Positions 41,768-57,339 of a DNA stretch of 64,000 bases are shown piece after piece; position 1 is the first letter of the stretch, and the number at the start of each line of letters is the position of its first letter. The notes below the pieces were generated by a model. The model was not told where the DNA came from and did not search any database. It was given only the letters and a program-made list of their open reading frames with translations. The stretch comes from the human T2T-CHM13v2.0 reference genome, Homo sapiens. The position numbers were made by a program, and so were the translations under genes. Location: NCBI RefSeq assembly GCF_009914755.1, contig NC_060928.1, one strand, 5' to 3'.

Positions 41768-43377
41768 CCACAATGGAATTAAAGTAAAAACCAATAACAG
41801 AAAGATAGCTGGAAAATCCCCAAATAGTTGTATATTAAACAACACACTTCTAAATAATACATGGGTCAAAGAAGAAATCTCAACATAAATTTTAAAATAT
41901 TTTGAAAATGAAAATGCAACTAATCAAAATTTCTGGATGCAGCAAAAGAAGTGCTTGGAGGGAAATTTATAACATTGAATACACATGTTAGAAAAGAAGA
42001 AAAAAGTAAAATCAATACTCCAAATTTCTACTTTAGGAAACTGGATAATGAAGAGCAAATAAAACTGATGTAAGCAGGAGAAAATAATAATAAAAAATGG
42101 AGCAGAAAGAAATGAAATTGAAAACAGAAAATCAAGAGTGAGAAAATCAATGAAACCAAAAGGTGTTTTTTTAATTTTTTAAAGATCAGTAATATCAATC
42201 AGCTTCTAGACAGGTTAACTGAGAAAAAAAGATAGATGATACAAAATGCTAATATAAAAAATGAAAGAGGCACTACCACTACAGATCTCATGGAGATGAA
42301 AAAGATTAAAAATAGAGTCATACAATGAATAACTCTGCATCCACGAATTTGACATACTATATTAAATGGAATTATAATGTAAATTCCAATGTAAATTCCT
42401 TGGAAAATACAATTTGCCTAAACTCACAAATAAAGAAATAGACAATTGAATAAACCTATGTCTATTAAAGAAATTAAGTCAATAATTAATAATTTTCTGA
42501 AAAAGAAAGCACCAGGCCCAGATAAGTTTACTGGTGAATTCTACCAAATATTTAAGGAAGATATGCCAATTTACAATAGAAGCCAAGGGAGTATTTTTCA
42601 GGTCTTTTTATAAGCAACATTACCCTATTACTAAAAGCAAAAAGACATTATACAAACCAGAAAACTACAGATCAATATCTCTCATGAACATAGACACAAA
42701 AATAATTAACAAAATATTAGCAAATGAAACCCAATAATGTATAAAAATAATTACACACCACAGCTGTGAGATTTGTTTCAAGTGGCAAGGATAGTTCAGC
42801 ATTCAAAAATCAATTAATGTAATCTATCACATCAACAAACTAAAAAAGAAAGATCGCATAATCATATCATATGCAGAAAAAGCATTTGACAAAATTCAGC
42901 ATTCATTCATGATAATGATTATCAGCAAATTCAAGTTAGGAGAAACATCCTCAGTGGATAAAGAATGTCTACAAAACATCTGTAGCTAATGCCATACTTA
43001 TTGTGAGAAACTAGAAGCTTTATTGCTAAGATCAGGAACAAAGCAAGGATGTTCTCTTTCACCACTTCTTTTCAACATAATAGTGGAATTCTTAGCTAAT
43101 GTAATAATACAAGAAATGGAAATTAAGTTATACAGATTGGGAAGGAAGAAATAAAACTATCTTTGTTTGCAGATAATTGTCTGTGTAGAAAATCTGTATG
43201 ACCTGACAAAATAAACTCCTGGAACTAATAAATAATTATGGCAAGGTTGCAGGATTCAAGGTGAATATACAAAAGTCAGTTGCTTTTCTATACAACAACA
43301 TTGAACCAGAAGAATTTGCAATTAAAAATACAACCCCCCACGAAATGAAATACTAAGGTATGAATATAATAAAATAT

Positions 43378-43500
43378 GTATGCTATATATATATGTATAT
43401 ATGTATATATATATGTATATATGTATATATATGTATATATGTATATATATGTATATATGTATATATATATGTATATATGTATATATATGTATATATATAT
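43378..43500. repeat. (TATATG)n/(TA)n microsatellite inside L1MC ORF2
   Basis: Visible tandem array. Confidence 0.95.
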
Positions 43501-45305
43501 GTGAGGAAAAGTACAAAGCACTGATAAAAGAAATCAAAGAACTAAATAAATGGGAAGATATTCCATATTCATGGATAGAAAGACTCAATGTTGTCAAGAT
43601 GTCAGTTCATCCCAACTTGATTTATAGATTCAATGCAACCTCAATCAGAACCTCAGCCAGTTATTGTGTAGGTATTAACAAACTTATTTTAAAGTTTATG
43701 TGGAGAGAAAAGAATACCTAGAATTGCCAACACAATATTAAAGAAGATGAACAAAGTCAGAGGACTCATACCAACTGACTTTAAGACTACCTTACTACAA
43801 AGTTACAGTAATCAAGACAGAGTGATATTGGTAAAACAGTAGACAAATAGATTATTGGAACAGAATAGAGAGCCCAGCAATAGACTCATATAAGTATAGT
43901 CAACTGATTATGACAAAGAAACAAAGACAATACAATGGGCAAAGGTAGTCTTTTTAATACATGGTGCAGGAACAACGGAATATTCAAAAACAAAAAAAGA
44001 ACCTGTGACACATATCTTATGCCTTTTATACAAATTAACTCAAAAGGGAGCATAGGACTAAATGTAAAGCACAAAACTATAAATTCCTAGACAGTAACAT
44101 ATTAGAAAATCTACATGGTTTTGGGCATGTTGATTACTTTTAGGATAGAACACCAAAGGCACAGTCTATGAAAGAAATACTTACTGAGCTGGATTTCATT
44201 AAAATTATCTTCTGCTCTGTGAGATGCAGTCAGGAGAATGAGAGGACAAACCACAGAATTTGAGAAAATATTTTTATAAAAGACATATCTAATAAAGGCT
44301 TTTATCTAAAATATGCAAAGAACTCATAAAACTCAACAATAAGGAAATGAATAACCTGAATAAAAAAAAATAGACAAAAGACTTGAACACACATCTCATT
44401 GAAGAAGATATACTGAAGATATACTGCAAATAAGCATATAAAAAGACTTTCCACATCATATTTCCACAATAAGATACCACTACATGCTTATTAGGATGTC
44501 TAATATCCAGAACACTGACAACACCAAATGCTGGTGAGGATATGATGCAATAGAAACTCCCATTTATTGTTGGTGGTAGTGCAAAATGGTACAGCCAATT
44601 TGGAAAACAATTTGGCAGTTTCTTGGATAACTAAACATACTTTTATCATATGATCCAGCAATCATGCTCCTTGGTATTTATCCAAATGATTTGAAAATAT
44701 GTCCATACAAAAACCTGTACTTGGGTATTTATAGAAGTTTTATTCCTAATTGCCAAAACTTGGAAACAACCAAGATGTCCTTCAGTAGGTGAATGGATAC
44801 TGTGGTACATCCAGACAATGGAATATTGTTCATCACTAAAAAGAACTATCAAGCCATGAAAAGACATGGAAGAAACTTTATTGTATATTACTAAGTGAAC
44901 AAAACAATTTGAAAAGGCTACATTCTGTGTGATTCCAATTATGTGACATTCTGGAAAAGGAAAAACTAGGAAGACAGTAGAAAAATCAGTAATTGTCAGA
45001 GGCTGAAGGAGGGAAGGATGAATAGGCAAAGTACAGAGAATTTTTGGGGAAGTTGGGTGATATTATGTTTCAATGTAGATTCATTAATTGTAACAAATGT
45101 AATACTACTCTGATGTGGGATGTCCACAGTAAAGAACTAATAATATGCATAGTATTATTAGCAATTTCTTGATGAGTGCCTCTATTTTTTCACTATTTAT
45201 ACATAAGATAATTGAAATTTACCCAGGTAGTTAAGGCTAGATTTTTAATCCAATGTTTATTCACCCTAACACCTTTCTTTTATAACATAATTATCAATGT
45301 ATTTA

Positions 45306-45720
<415 letters not shown>

Positions 45721-46007
45721 TCACATAAATAAGTACAATATTTGTCTTGTCATTTGGCTAAAGATACAACCATACTTATAAGTAGCAAAATATTTGGAAG
45801 ACGAATACCCTTATTAATGAAATGTCAAGGAACTGTGATGCTTGAGAGTTGAAGAGTCACAGGAAAAGTGAGCTTGTTGAAATCCCTTAGAATGAAAATA
45901 GAACAAGCAAGTAGAGAGTTAGTGCCCAGTGCAACAATCATCAGGTGGACTTCTGAGTGTCTTGGAAGATCTTAGACTGTAAGTAATAGTGATAGGAAAA
46001 AGGTAGT

Positions 46008-47902
46008 TGTATTAATTATATATTACTGCACATACTCTTTTTTCCTAAAACTTTATGGCTTTAAACAGCTATTTGATTTCTCATGATTGTGTGGTAAGTT
46101 GTGAGTTTCTTCAACTAGTGTTTCTTAGGTTCACTTAGGGGTCTGCATTCTGTTAGTGAGTCAGCTGGGAGCTGGGATGGTTGGGTCTCTCTCGTGTGTG
46201 CGTGCATGTATACGTGTTTCCCAAGAAGGCTAGACTCGACTTCACAGACAGTCTTAGAACAGTGTTCTAAGAGAGGAAGCCCCAGTGCACAAGTGCTTAT
46301 CATTCCTCTGCTTGTATTACATTTGCTTATGTCCCATTGCTCAAATTAAGTCACACAGTCGTAACTTGAATCAAGGAGGGAATTACATGCAGGCATAAAT
46401 AACAGGAGTCATGATTTATTCTGAACTATTTAGTAACAGTCTATTGTGGTCTGTCCTCTGGCCCTGATGATTCAGGTAAAGATACACATATTACACACAC
46501 TCCATCCCTGCTGCCAACACCCTTAAAATCTCATTCAATTAACAGTCTCAAAGTCCATGATCTCATCATGGACTGCATGCAAAGCTTTATGGGTAAAGCT
46601 CCTCCTTATCCAGAGAACTGTGAAATAAAAAATAACAGTTTTTCCATGCTCCCCTGTGTACAATACCCAATGTAAATAGGTGAAAGGCACAGAATAACCT
46701 CAACAATTCAATTCAATAATTTAATAACAGAAACAGGAGGCACATAGAATTCACTGGCCCACAGCACTACTGAAATCTGTCCATTGTATGCGCCAGAGTT
46801 AGAGAATGTTCATTAATTGGTATTACTAATTACTAACATATCATACTTCCTAGAAGTTTCCCTAATTCATTGCTCTCTGCTCCACTTGGTCCTGTTTTTT
46901 GGGTACTCGGATCTGTCATTTCTTTTTAGTAAGAGCTGGTCCATATTTTCAGTGAGTAGCTTTCTCAGCCTGTTTATTTCCCATAAAAAATCATTTTGAA
47001 CTATTTGTATGCATTTTAGTTCTAGCAGATTTAACTACCCTAAAACTTTTGTAGACTTTTTAATGGTTTTATTTGGGGCTCATTCCATGTTCCCAAAGCC
47101 ATATCCAAAAGTTTTTCAAGAGAATCTTCTGCTTTCTAAGAAGTTCTCTGTGACAATACCCTTAATATTTTGTAAATATTATTTTGTAATATATTTTGTA
47201 AAATATATTTTGTAAAACTCTCTCTTTTTTTTGTCTAATTGTGTGGGTCTCCTTAGGCAAAGCCTCACATCTTCCCAAGGTCTTAACAAAGGGTTCTGTA
47301 GAAACAACTTTGATTCAGTCTTTACCCTGAAGCCATTTCTTAACTGTGCCAGGTGGAGATACTGAAAATGTGAAACACTAAATCTTCCAAACCAGCACGT
47401 CCTAGCTTTTTTATGTATCCTCTAAATTCTACTTGCAAATTGAACAGGTCTCTCTTTAGCTCATTTCTTTCTTGTACCTTCTCATAAGCATCTAAAAGAT
47501 ACAAACTGACACTTTAGCATGCTGTCTCAAAATGTCCTCAGCCAGATTCACAGGTTCACTAAGTACATTTCCAATCTTCCAGTTTGTTACAGGTGACAGT
47601 TATGCCAATGTTTTCACTAACACAACACATGAGCTTCCATTTTTGCTGTGTCCAATAGCAGTTTTCTACTGCCATTTTGGCTTCTGTTAACTGTTTATCT
47701 GCCATTCTTCTAAGCTTTACTAATAGTCTCTGTGATGATTTTTTATCCTCTGTCCATTGTGCGGTCCCAAAGTCAGTACCACATGGTTAGAACAGCCAAT
47801 CACATGGCCGAACCCAGAGCCAATGCAGAAGGCAAGTAGGCAAGAATGTGGGTATTGGGAGGTGTGATTTATTACGGGACATGAGTGGAACAATCTACCA
47901 TA
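46008..47902 (-). mobile_element. MaLR proviral remnant: MLT1(H/G-like) LTR, internal region and partial second LTR
   Basis: LTR ~46008-46447, gtctgtcctctggccc at the internal boundary, internal ~46450-47780, second LTR U3 piece (aatcacatggcc...aatctaccata). Confidence 0.7.
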
Positions 47903-50009
47903 TGACCTATGTCAACAGGTACCCTTTCTATTAAGTAGTAAGAAGTAGGAGTCTTAAAAGAAGATTCTAGAAAAGGAGAGTCTTTAGAAGGAAGACAGTT
48001 TTGAGGAATTATAAAGATTGGGCAATAAGAATTTGGGAAAAGTTTAAGAATGAAGAAAATAGTGTGGGGGATTGTTGACATGGATTTCCGAAGACCTGGT
48101 AGAAGGATGATATGGGGTTAAGAGGAGTAAGGATGAGGCAGACGGAGACAAAAATAGATTTCAGGAGTTCACACTTTGGATCAAGGAGGGATGAGAAGGA
48201 GATAGCTTTATCCTGTGCCAGTTTGGTAGTACTAATTTTGTTTCTGGTAGATTTTGCTTCAGCCAGAAAATATATTGTTAAAGATTTATGAAAATCCCAA
48301 ACAAAATAATACAATTACCATCCCTCCATATGCCTGTGTAGGAACATCACTCAGGTCTATTTCTGGCAATGTTTACCAATCACTATCGTTGGCCTGAGCC
48401 CAGAAAATATGTATGAGCCGACATCCAAAAGAATGCACTGATTTCACAAAAATATAATGAAACAAACTGGGTCACCTACTTTATTCACTGACATAGAGTT
48501 TGCCTAGATACATTTAAGATGCTCTTTTTACAACCTCAAATATATGTCAGGGAAATATGGTGGAAAAATCAGTGTTTTAAAACGGATTTTATTTTTGAAA
48601 TGTGAGGTTTTAGACTATTGAAATATCTACCTCTAGATGATATTTTTTCAAATATAAATGCTTTTCTAAACTTTCCTATTATATTTTTTCATATGTAAAA
48701 GCTTTTCCATATATAAAAGCTTTCCAGAATCTCCCTCAAGTTACACTGTAAGAGCCTCTCAAAGAGAATGCTATGTTGATTTAATTTGGCTTCTGTATTA
48801 TTAATATAGTGACCCCAGTTAGCAAAATAAAGTTTGAGATTGTCGGACTTTGCAGACCAATGCAAAGTCATGTCTGAAAGAGGAGGTGGTATTCTATCTT
48901 TCCAGAAGGGGCGTATCTCCTAGCTGAATAATCTGAGGCTGAAAATATTAGATCCATAATGAGTGTGAGGAAGACCCACAAAGGAAATTACCATAATTAA
49001 TGTGATATTTCTAAGTATTAAATTACTTATAATGTAGGAATTATAAATATAGTAATGCTTACTTAGCTTAATTAAATTAAATAAACCCTTAATGAGCAAA
49101 AACAATTTCTTCAGTGCAAAAATTCATCAGAATCACTGGCCTTATATAAACAGTGGATATGTGTATTACATCTTTGTCAGTTTGGATATGGAAATAAACC
49201 TTTTAGTGGCTTTAATTCTATTTATCATATTTTAATATTTGCAATTCTGTAATCTAATTTTCCTTTGTGTTTTTCACTTTTAACCTGTGATTTTGAAAGT
49301 TGTTAGAAATTAATGTCTTTCCTGAAGTAAATTAAGACACTCACTAGTAATCTTTAGAGAAAATTAGCCAAATCTTCATTGGTAAAATAGAGATAAGATT
49401 TATTTTATTACCTTGTGATTATGCTATAAGATGAAAGAGATATTAGATATGATGTCTTTCCCAAAGGTAAAGGTTTAGAGTTGTAATAAATGACTAGTTA
49501 ATGACCTGCTTTTTGAGATTAATATCCAGGCTAGGATAATGTTAGAGAGGTTTTTAATATTGCAGCATTAATATAGTAAATTCATATTTAGTAGAAAACA
49601 GATATCTGAAGAGAAGTAGATCTCAGGTTTCTGTAACACAATAGCACTTTGACATTTATTGTTTCAACTATTTGTAAGTGGCGTGACCCAGAAGAAACTT
49701 AATGAGATGCAATTTATAATTCTTCTGAAGCCCAAGTTTGAAATAAGTTGAAGTTGTGTGAGAGGGGGAACTGGGTCAGCTAGTGGACTAATTAAGTAGT
49801 CAGCATTTATTTCTTAACACAGCTTGGTTGTTACTTTATTGAGAACTTAAAAAAAAAGCTAATTAGGACACTGCAAGTGGCATTAAACTTTCCATGCTGA
49901 GACTTTTGTGGACTTACATTGGATGTGCTGTATTTTCTGTTCTTCATCTCATCCTTAATGACTTTAATCAGGTTTTCATATGCCCTGCTCTCCAAAGCAT
50001 CCATTATTC

Positions 50010-51350
50010 ATTCAAATCATTTTATTAAATATGTCAGACCTACACACAGTTATACAGCATATTAAAGCAAACATCCTGATAATGCGGCACCCAGTTCAAG
50101 ACATAAAACATTACCAATACAATTGAGATGTCTTGAGTTCCTTCCACTATTGTATGCCCTCCATGTAACTCATATCTCATATTTGATGTGTATCTTTTCT
50201 ACAAATTCCACTGTATTCTTACTACTCATATGGTTTACTCTAAAAAGAGTATATAGCTTTTCAAATTTATGCAAGCAGATTGACTATCTTCTGTAACTTG
50301 CTTTTCCCTTACTCAAAGATATGTATTTAAAATTCTTCAGCACTTAATATTTATAGTTCTACATCATTATTTTCACTGCCGAATATTATTTCATTATATA
50401 CTCCAGTGCCTGGTGGTTTGTGGATGGGTGTTTTGGTAGTACAAGCAATGCAGCCATGAATATTCTTTTAAATATCTCCTTGCATACATTTCTAAGTGTT
50501 TCAGAGCACAGGCCTGAGAATGAAATTATTGCTGGTGTGTACTTCTTTAAGTCTACAGGATTTTGCCCAGCTGTTCTTCAAAATGGTTTGATGAATTCAC
50601 ATATCTACTGTCAGTATATGACATCTTGTTTTTATATGTTATTAATTCTTGGTATCAGACTTTTCACTTTGCCTATTTGTGGATATGGCAGGGTACCTCA
50701 ATTGGTCTTAATGAGCATTTCCCTGATTTATAGTGTAGATGAGCATCTTCTAATTTTTCAATTAAGCCTTCTGAGTCCCTTTTAAATGCAATGTCTCATG
50801 TCATTCTTAATTTTATATTGGGTTGTCTGTTTTTTACGTACTGATTCATAGTTCTTTAGATAACCACAATTCTAATTCATTTTCACTTATATTGGATACA
50901 GATATCTCGATTAATGTTGTGATTTGCCTTTATATTTTCTTTATAGTACCTTTTTATAAAAACTTTTAAAGTAGAGGAATTTATAAATTTTTTATGGTTT
51001 CTGCTCCCTGTGTCTTGCTTACACTACCTTTTCCTATATTTAATTTACAATGACATTGACTTATATTTTCCTCCACTTTAAAAAGTTTTTATTTTTAGAT
51101 TTAGTTTTTAGCCTACCTATAATATTTGTGTGTGTGTGTGTGTGTGTGTGTGTAAGGCTTTTTTCCTTATGGTTAATAAATTTCCTCAAAAGCTTCTAAC
51201 TGAAGAGTCTATTTCCCTCAACTTTGCTACAATGCTACCTCTATTTCAAACATTTTTTATATGTGGATTGGCTTCTACGCTCTGTGTACTGTACTGGTGT
51301 AATAGTTGAAAGTGTCTCTGCTATTCTTGGTCTCTTGCTTTTTTATAAAA
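50010..51350 (-). mobile_element. Old L1ME-like 3' region
   Basis: agcaatgcagccatgaatattcttt; gcatttccctgatttatagtgtagatgagcatctt. Confidence 0.65.
51127..51153. repeat. (TG)n microsatellite
   Basis: About 13 TG units. Confidence 0.95.
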
Positions 51351-51379
51351 GTTCAATTCATTATTTGTTATAGTAATAA

Positions 51380-52080
51380 TTACTAATAACAGTGACTACA
51401 ATTTATAGATCACTTATTGTTCCAGCTTTGTGTTAATTCATAGGTGAGCATGTCTACATTTATATTTGAGGAGAGTAAAGAGTAGAGGATTAAGTAACTT
51501 GGCAAATATACACAACTAGTAGGTGATATAATAATAAGGATTTAAACCTATGTCCAACTGACTCTTGCATGTGTTATTAATTTAATAATACTTCTGAAAT
51601 TAAAACAAGAATAGCTAAGCTATATTAAACTGTTTCTATGTATCAACCTTTGTAAAAATTATTTTCAAGGATCATTTCCTTTAATCCATGCAGATAATAT
51701 ACCATATAGAATCTATTATGTAGAAACTATCATTATCTCATTTTTACAGATGAAAATAATTATGTAATGTGCCCAAAGTCATACAGCTGTTATTCCCAGT
51801 AATACTTGTTTTTTATTGTATATTTTTATGGTGCACAATATGATGTTTGGAAAAAAACAATTTTTCACACATGAAAATGTCTATTCAAATTTTTATTTGA
51901 AAATGTCTATCAAATTTTTCTGTGATCTTGGACAAGTTATTTAGGCTCTCTTATTTCCTCATCCATTAGTTCCCAAACTAGTAACAAATTATGACACTTA
52001 CATGACATTTTTTTTGGAGAGTTAAAAAAGTTAAAACAGTATTATGCCCAAAGTTAGGGCTTAATAAGAGCTAGCTTTTA
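51380..52080. mobile_element. Cluster of MIR fragments
   Basis: ttaagtaacttggcaaatatacacaactag; attatctcatttttacagatga; tgtgatcttggacaagttatttagg. Confidence 0.6.
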
Positions 52081-52099
52081 CTATACATTCTTTTAAAGA

Positions 52100-53500
52100 G
52101 GACTTGGCATCTTTATAATATCATCTTTCTATCCATGAAAATAGTAAATCTGTTTATTTATTTGTCTTTCATAATATCTTCCAATAAAGTTTGTAATTTT
52201 CTATGTGTAATTTATGTTAGATTTTTATCCTTAGGTGCAACTATTTCTATTCTTTTAGTGGTTGATTTTGGTATTTTAGAAGGCATTTTTATTTCAGGAA
52301 ACAAATCAATACGATTATAGGTTACAATTTATTTTCTCCTTATTTTGTAGGTATTACTCTACTGTCTTCCAGTTTCCTTTGTGGCAGTCAACACATCTGC
52401 TGTCATTATAATTCAAATTCCTTTATAGCTGTTCTTTCTTTTCTATTTGATTACTCTCACATTCATCTGTTTTCCTGGATAAACAGTATCTGAAGTAGCC
52501 TTTGTGAAAGTCAATTTATTGAGTTGTGTTTTCTAAAATTTAAAATATTTTTTTGATCAATTCTAGAAAAATTTCAGCCTTCTCTTTAAATTACTGTCTC
52601 CTATTCTCTATTCTGTCTGGAAACAACTCCAATCTGTTGTCTGGTGTTGTCTATTTCTTTGCTTGCTTTGATGATTCTGACTAATTCTCAGTAAAACATC
52701 TATTTTAATAATTATTTACCAGGATGATCTCATATAACTCCTAAATCAATCCATTGGATTTTTATGTTTAATAGTTAAATTTATTATTTTGGAGATTATT
52801 TTTCTTTCAAATTTAACTCTGAATACTTTATAGTTCCTTACTGAATGCTTATATTTTCAATATCTTATTTACTCTTTAAAGACTTAAAATATTTTACATT
52901 GTGCATCTGAAATGTAATATTGCTGTTTTTTATTTCTGTTGATCTCTGTCTCATTATTTTGTGTGTGGGAGTGTGTGTGAATGTATTGTTTTTTCTTTCT
53001 AAAAAAGTTTTGAGCTTACAGTTGGGTCTCATTAATCTGTTGGAATCCTAGGTGTCCTGGTTGGAGGGTATGTTTTGGTTTAGGGAGCATATGTGTTTAT
53101 TTGCTTTTGCTTAGTGATTAGAGTTAAATTCAAAATTGCTTTCGATTAATTTCCAGAGTTGAGGTTTTCCACTATGTAAATTGAAACTGAAAAATGGTGG
53201 GTTTTGTGGCCTAAGGTTATGAGTTCCAAGAGGTGACTTTTGTTTCCACTCAGAGCAGAGTCGAGTAAGAGATTTTTTTTTTTATTTCATCCCCTTGCCA
53301 GCCGACCACCTTTTCACAATTCTGTCCTATGTTCTCATACTAGGGAGTATCCAAAGTCTTTCTCTTTTCTCCGATGAGCCATTAAAATTCAAGATTCTAG
53401 GTAAAACTGAAAATTAATTGTCATGAAGACAGTCTTCAATGTCCTGCCTAACATTTCTGTTTTCCGTGTATTATCTTGGGTGTTTTTCTTGTGATCTGAG
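52100..53500 (-). mobile_element. Old L1M/HAL1 fragments
   Basis: tctttctatccatgaaaatag...; tctgctgtcattataatt...; aattctagaaaaatttcagcc. Confidence 0.5.
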
Positions 53501-55494
53501 TCTTGCATATATATTACATTAAGGAAAAAAGGAGAGTTTTGGAGATATTGAGCCAGTCAGATTGCTCACAAAGAAAGTGAACCTAGTGTGCTGTAAAAAT
53601 ACTGAAAAGAATCCTAATAAAGTATTATACATTTTTAGGACCCCTGTTTGGAAATACTAAAAAACAAATATTTTCAGATGTCTCAAAGTATAATTTTTTT
53701 TTAATTTTAGTATAAGCAGAATCACAAATTCTTGTACTAATAAACTTGAATGTTGTTGAATGGTGCAAGGAGTCACCAATAATTGAATCTCTAAATTGAA
53801 ATGAATCTTTGACGTCACCTGGTCTCAGCAGCAAAGCACCAATATCAAGAAAACGACAGCCAAAACCAAAACCAGTTTACATTTTTTAGGTACTAACCCT
53901 GTATCAGATACTCTACTTCCTCCATTATTTTTTCTCTTTTAATCTAATTCTGTCTTTAACTTTATTTTTTTAGGCCTCGGGTTACTCGATCTCCATTGGA
54001 ACATCGCTGTGGCAGTGTGCCACAGCATTTTATAACTAAAGCCACTGAGTCCTAAAAATGTTAAGCTAATTATCTAAGGCTATAGTGGATAGCATATGGC
54101 CCACCTCCAATCCTGGACTTTATTTATTTATTTATTTACCACAACACATATTTCCTTTATGAGTATCAAAATTATCTTGTGTATACTTTATATAATCTCT
54201 TTCAAAATTCAGGGAAGTTGGGCTATTTAAAAAGAACTACAGAAGATTTAGCCATTAGAAACAGACAAATATCCTCTGTAGTTTGTATTCAGATAGGTGG
54301 TTATGTCTACCAATGATAATGTTGAGGTTAGGGACATTTTGGTGTATTTCTATATTCAGTAGTTTTGCATAAGGTCTTATGTTTCTTTATGCTGTATAAT
54401 TTCTGGATGTTTTGAGGAAATAAATATTTTAAAATTTTGATTATATATTTGGGGTATGTTATAGTGATAACTGGAAGAAACATTGAGCGGAAACAGAAGT
54501 AAAATTGAGCCTTGCTTATTTTGGGGTGAAATATTTAAAAAATCATTTGTTCCCTTTTAACAATGTATTTGTTTTTAGCGTTAACCTTCCTCTGCAGCTT
54601 CATTGCTGACCTGGGTAAGAAGTGGCAGAAAGTACATTGGAGCTCTGCTGTGACCAATGCTGAGAAGGCAGCAAAGATTTGATTTGCAATCAAACTGGTT
54701 TGGTTTTAAGTGTTAGAAAAAAATGTTGTGAAGGGAAAATGTCTACCTGAACAGGGGCTCTTTTTAAAAAAACTAATTTCAATATGTCCCTTAAAATTTT
54801 CCAGAATAATGTGGACATAAACACATAAGGACTTATATAATTAAAAAATGTTTTTTGTTTAGTACCTGAGCATTGCTGGAAGTAATGAAAGTAAACATGA
54901 GTGCATCAGTGCCCCCAAATGTTACATTTATGAAATTTAAAAAACATGTTACAATTGTCTAGAGTATCAAAATCATAAGACTTTGCGAATACTTGATGTA
55001 AATACATTGATTACATTAGGCAGGTTCTTGCTGTGTCCCATTTTATTTTGTAGAGGTTGTAGAAATACAGATGAGAAGATAATGTACAGGTAAAATTCAA
55101 GATTCTTAAGAAGTCCTGGTTGTGTCATGAAAGGCATATATCAATACTTATCTTCATTTAACTTGTTACTTCGAATTGTTTTCTTGTGACTTGTGACAGG
55201 AAAAGGTATAGCAAAGATTAAATTTACAAATTATAAATATCAATTAATAAAGTTTCTTGATGGATTATTTGTCTTATTTGGATGCATATCATACAGTAGC
55301 ATGCAAGCACACAGACACACATACACAAACACTCTACAAGTTTATATATTAAAAATAAAAGAAAAGAATTTTAAATAAAAAGCTAGAGAGATTATTTTTC
55401 CCTAATGTCTTTTTGACTTAGAAAATCTATCACTACTCTGGAATTTATTTTTATTGTCTATTGAAATGTATTTTCAGGTTTTCTTGTGACGTTT

Positions 55495-55670
55495 TCTAGC
55501 TGCTTCTAGACTGCCTGGGTTCAAATTTCAGCCCTACTGTCACTATCTGTGTTAACTTGGGAAACTTACCTGTCTGTATATTGGTTATTGGGAGCATTAA
55601 ATGACTTTATAGATGTAAGACCTTACATAGTACCTGGCACATAATTTTATATGTAAGTCTTAGTTATTAC
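55495..55670 (+). mobile_element. MIR
   Basis: agactgcctgggttcaaatttcagccctac...tagtacctggcacata. Confidence 0.75.
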
Positions 55671-57339
55671 TTAAAAGAATAATGGTTATAGAAATCAGTC
55701 ATACTGTCCTTTTTCCCAAAGCATTTTTAAAAATTTCATTCAATTAAGTGGTAGATTTTGGTCATGCAATTATACAGCAATAATACATAATACATCATAC
55801 TAACTTACTTTAGGGGAAATATTATTTTATGAAAGTACTATAAAATTTTGCAAACAATTTGGCAAAATCCTATCAAATCAGTATATGGTTACATTTGGTC
55901 CAATGCTGTTTAATATGTTTTGAGAGCATGAGATGTGCTGAGTAAAAGAAAGGTATACTTACACATACACAAATATAACTTTCTCTCTTCCTCATTAATA
56001 TTCATGTTGCCTTGGACATTCTACAAGATTCGTATTCAAAAACTCCATTCTTGTCTGGTTACATCACTGCTTTTTTTTTTTTTTTAATCCAGATTACCCT
56101 AGAAGGAACTAGTTCATGGAATAGAATAGCAATTTCATTCATATATAGATCCAGCAGGCATATTTTAGTTTTCCTAACTTCGATGCTGACTTACTTTATA
56201 TTATTCACATTGATAAAAGATCCATTGTCATCCTTATTGAAGTATGACATATGCCTTAACTTTGTTCTTAAAAGTTTGAAATCAGAACATATGCTTTGAT
56301 TCATTGATAAAGTGTTTTAGAAGCTCTGGTTCTCCCCAGCTTGTTTTTTTTATGATATCATCTCTTAAGGACTTGGCAACTATCTAGTGGCTCTGAAAAA
56401 GCCAGACAACCAACCTGGGTAGTTCACAATTCAGTATTGATTTTTGCTCCTGCTTTATTTTCACCAGTCGCATTTAATTTAGACACCTTAAAATGGACAA
56501 ATCTGCAATATACTCTGTGATTTATATACAGAAGTGCATATGTTCTCCAGAACAAGACGTTCATTCATTTAGATATCTTCGAAATGATGGCTTTAACTGA
56601 ATTCATATGTGCCTATTTTCCGTGATCACATGCAGTTGAAATAACTTACGGTGAAGCACATTATTAATATTTTCCCTTGAAATTAGCTATCATCTGCTCA
56701 TTCCAATTTTCTCCATGTTTTTCTGTCACAGAAATTAAATAGCTATTAGAATTCTAATTTCCAGGGAGCTTCACGCTCTTTCCCGAATGCCTCCTTTTCA
56801 GCTGTTCATTTGTTGCCCACTTCCTTTCTCCCTCTCAATGGTTTAGCTCCATCTTCTGGCCTTTACTAATGAATAATGGTTGCTTTGCTATTTTTTTATT
56901 TGCCTTGTTGCAGCTATGGTGGTATATTCAGAATTGGCTATGAATAATTATAGAAAAAATAGACAATAACTAAATATTGATGTTATGTAACTTGCAATAT
57001 ATTTTCTCCTATTTTTTTTAATTGGCTGAGGACCACAGAGTAAAACAGAGAATTTGAGGAATTATTCACATAACCTATGGGCTTTTTAAAAGTCCATCTA
57101 TTGAAAAGGAAGAATTATGAGCTGCATAAAAGAGTTTAATTATATACATTGATCAAATGCATCAGATAATTATTGAAATTCTCAATTTTCATTGCACAGA
57201 TAACATATTAATTGCATAGATCCCATATTAATGGTATACTTTGTAGTTTATCATTTTTATTAGAAGTACAGTAGAAATACAAAGCTAAGGAGAAATAATT
57301 TCACAAAGTAGAAAGTTCCAAAAGTGAGTAGAGTAAAAT

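Noticed and set aside
43288-43721. YI-repeat ORFs, one fused to L1-like peptide
   Set aside because: Microsatellite inside a dead L1MC ORF2.
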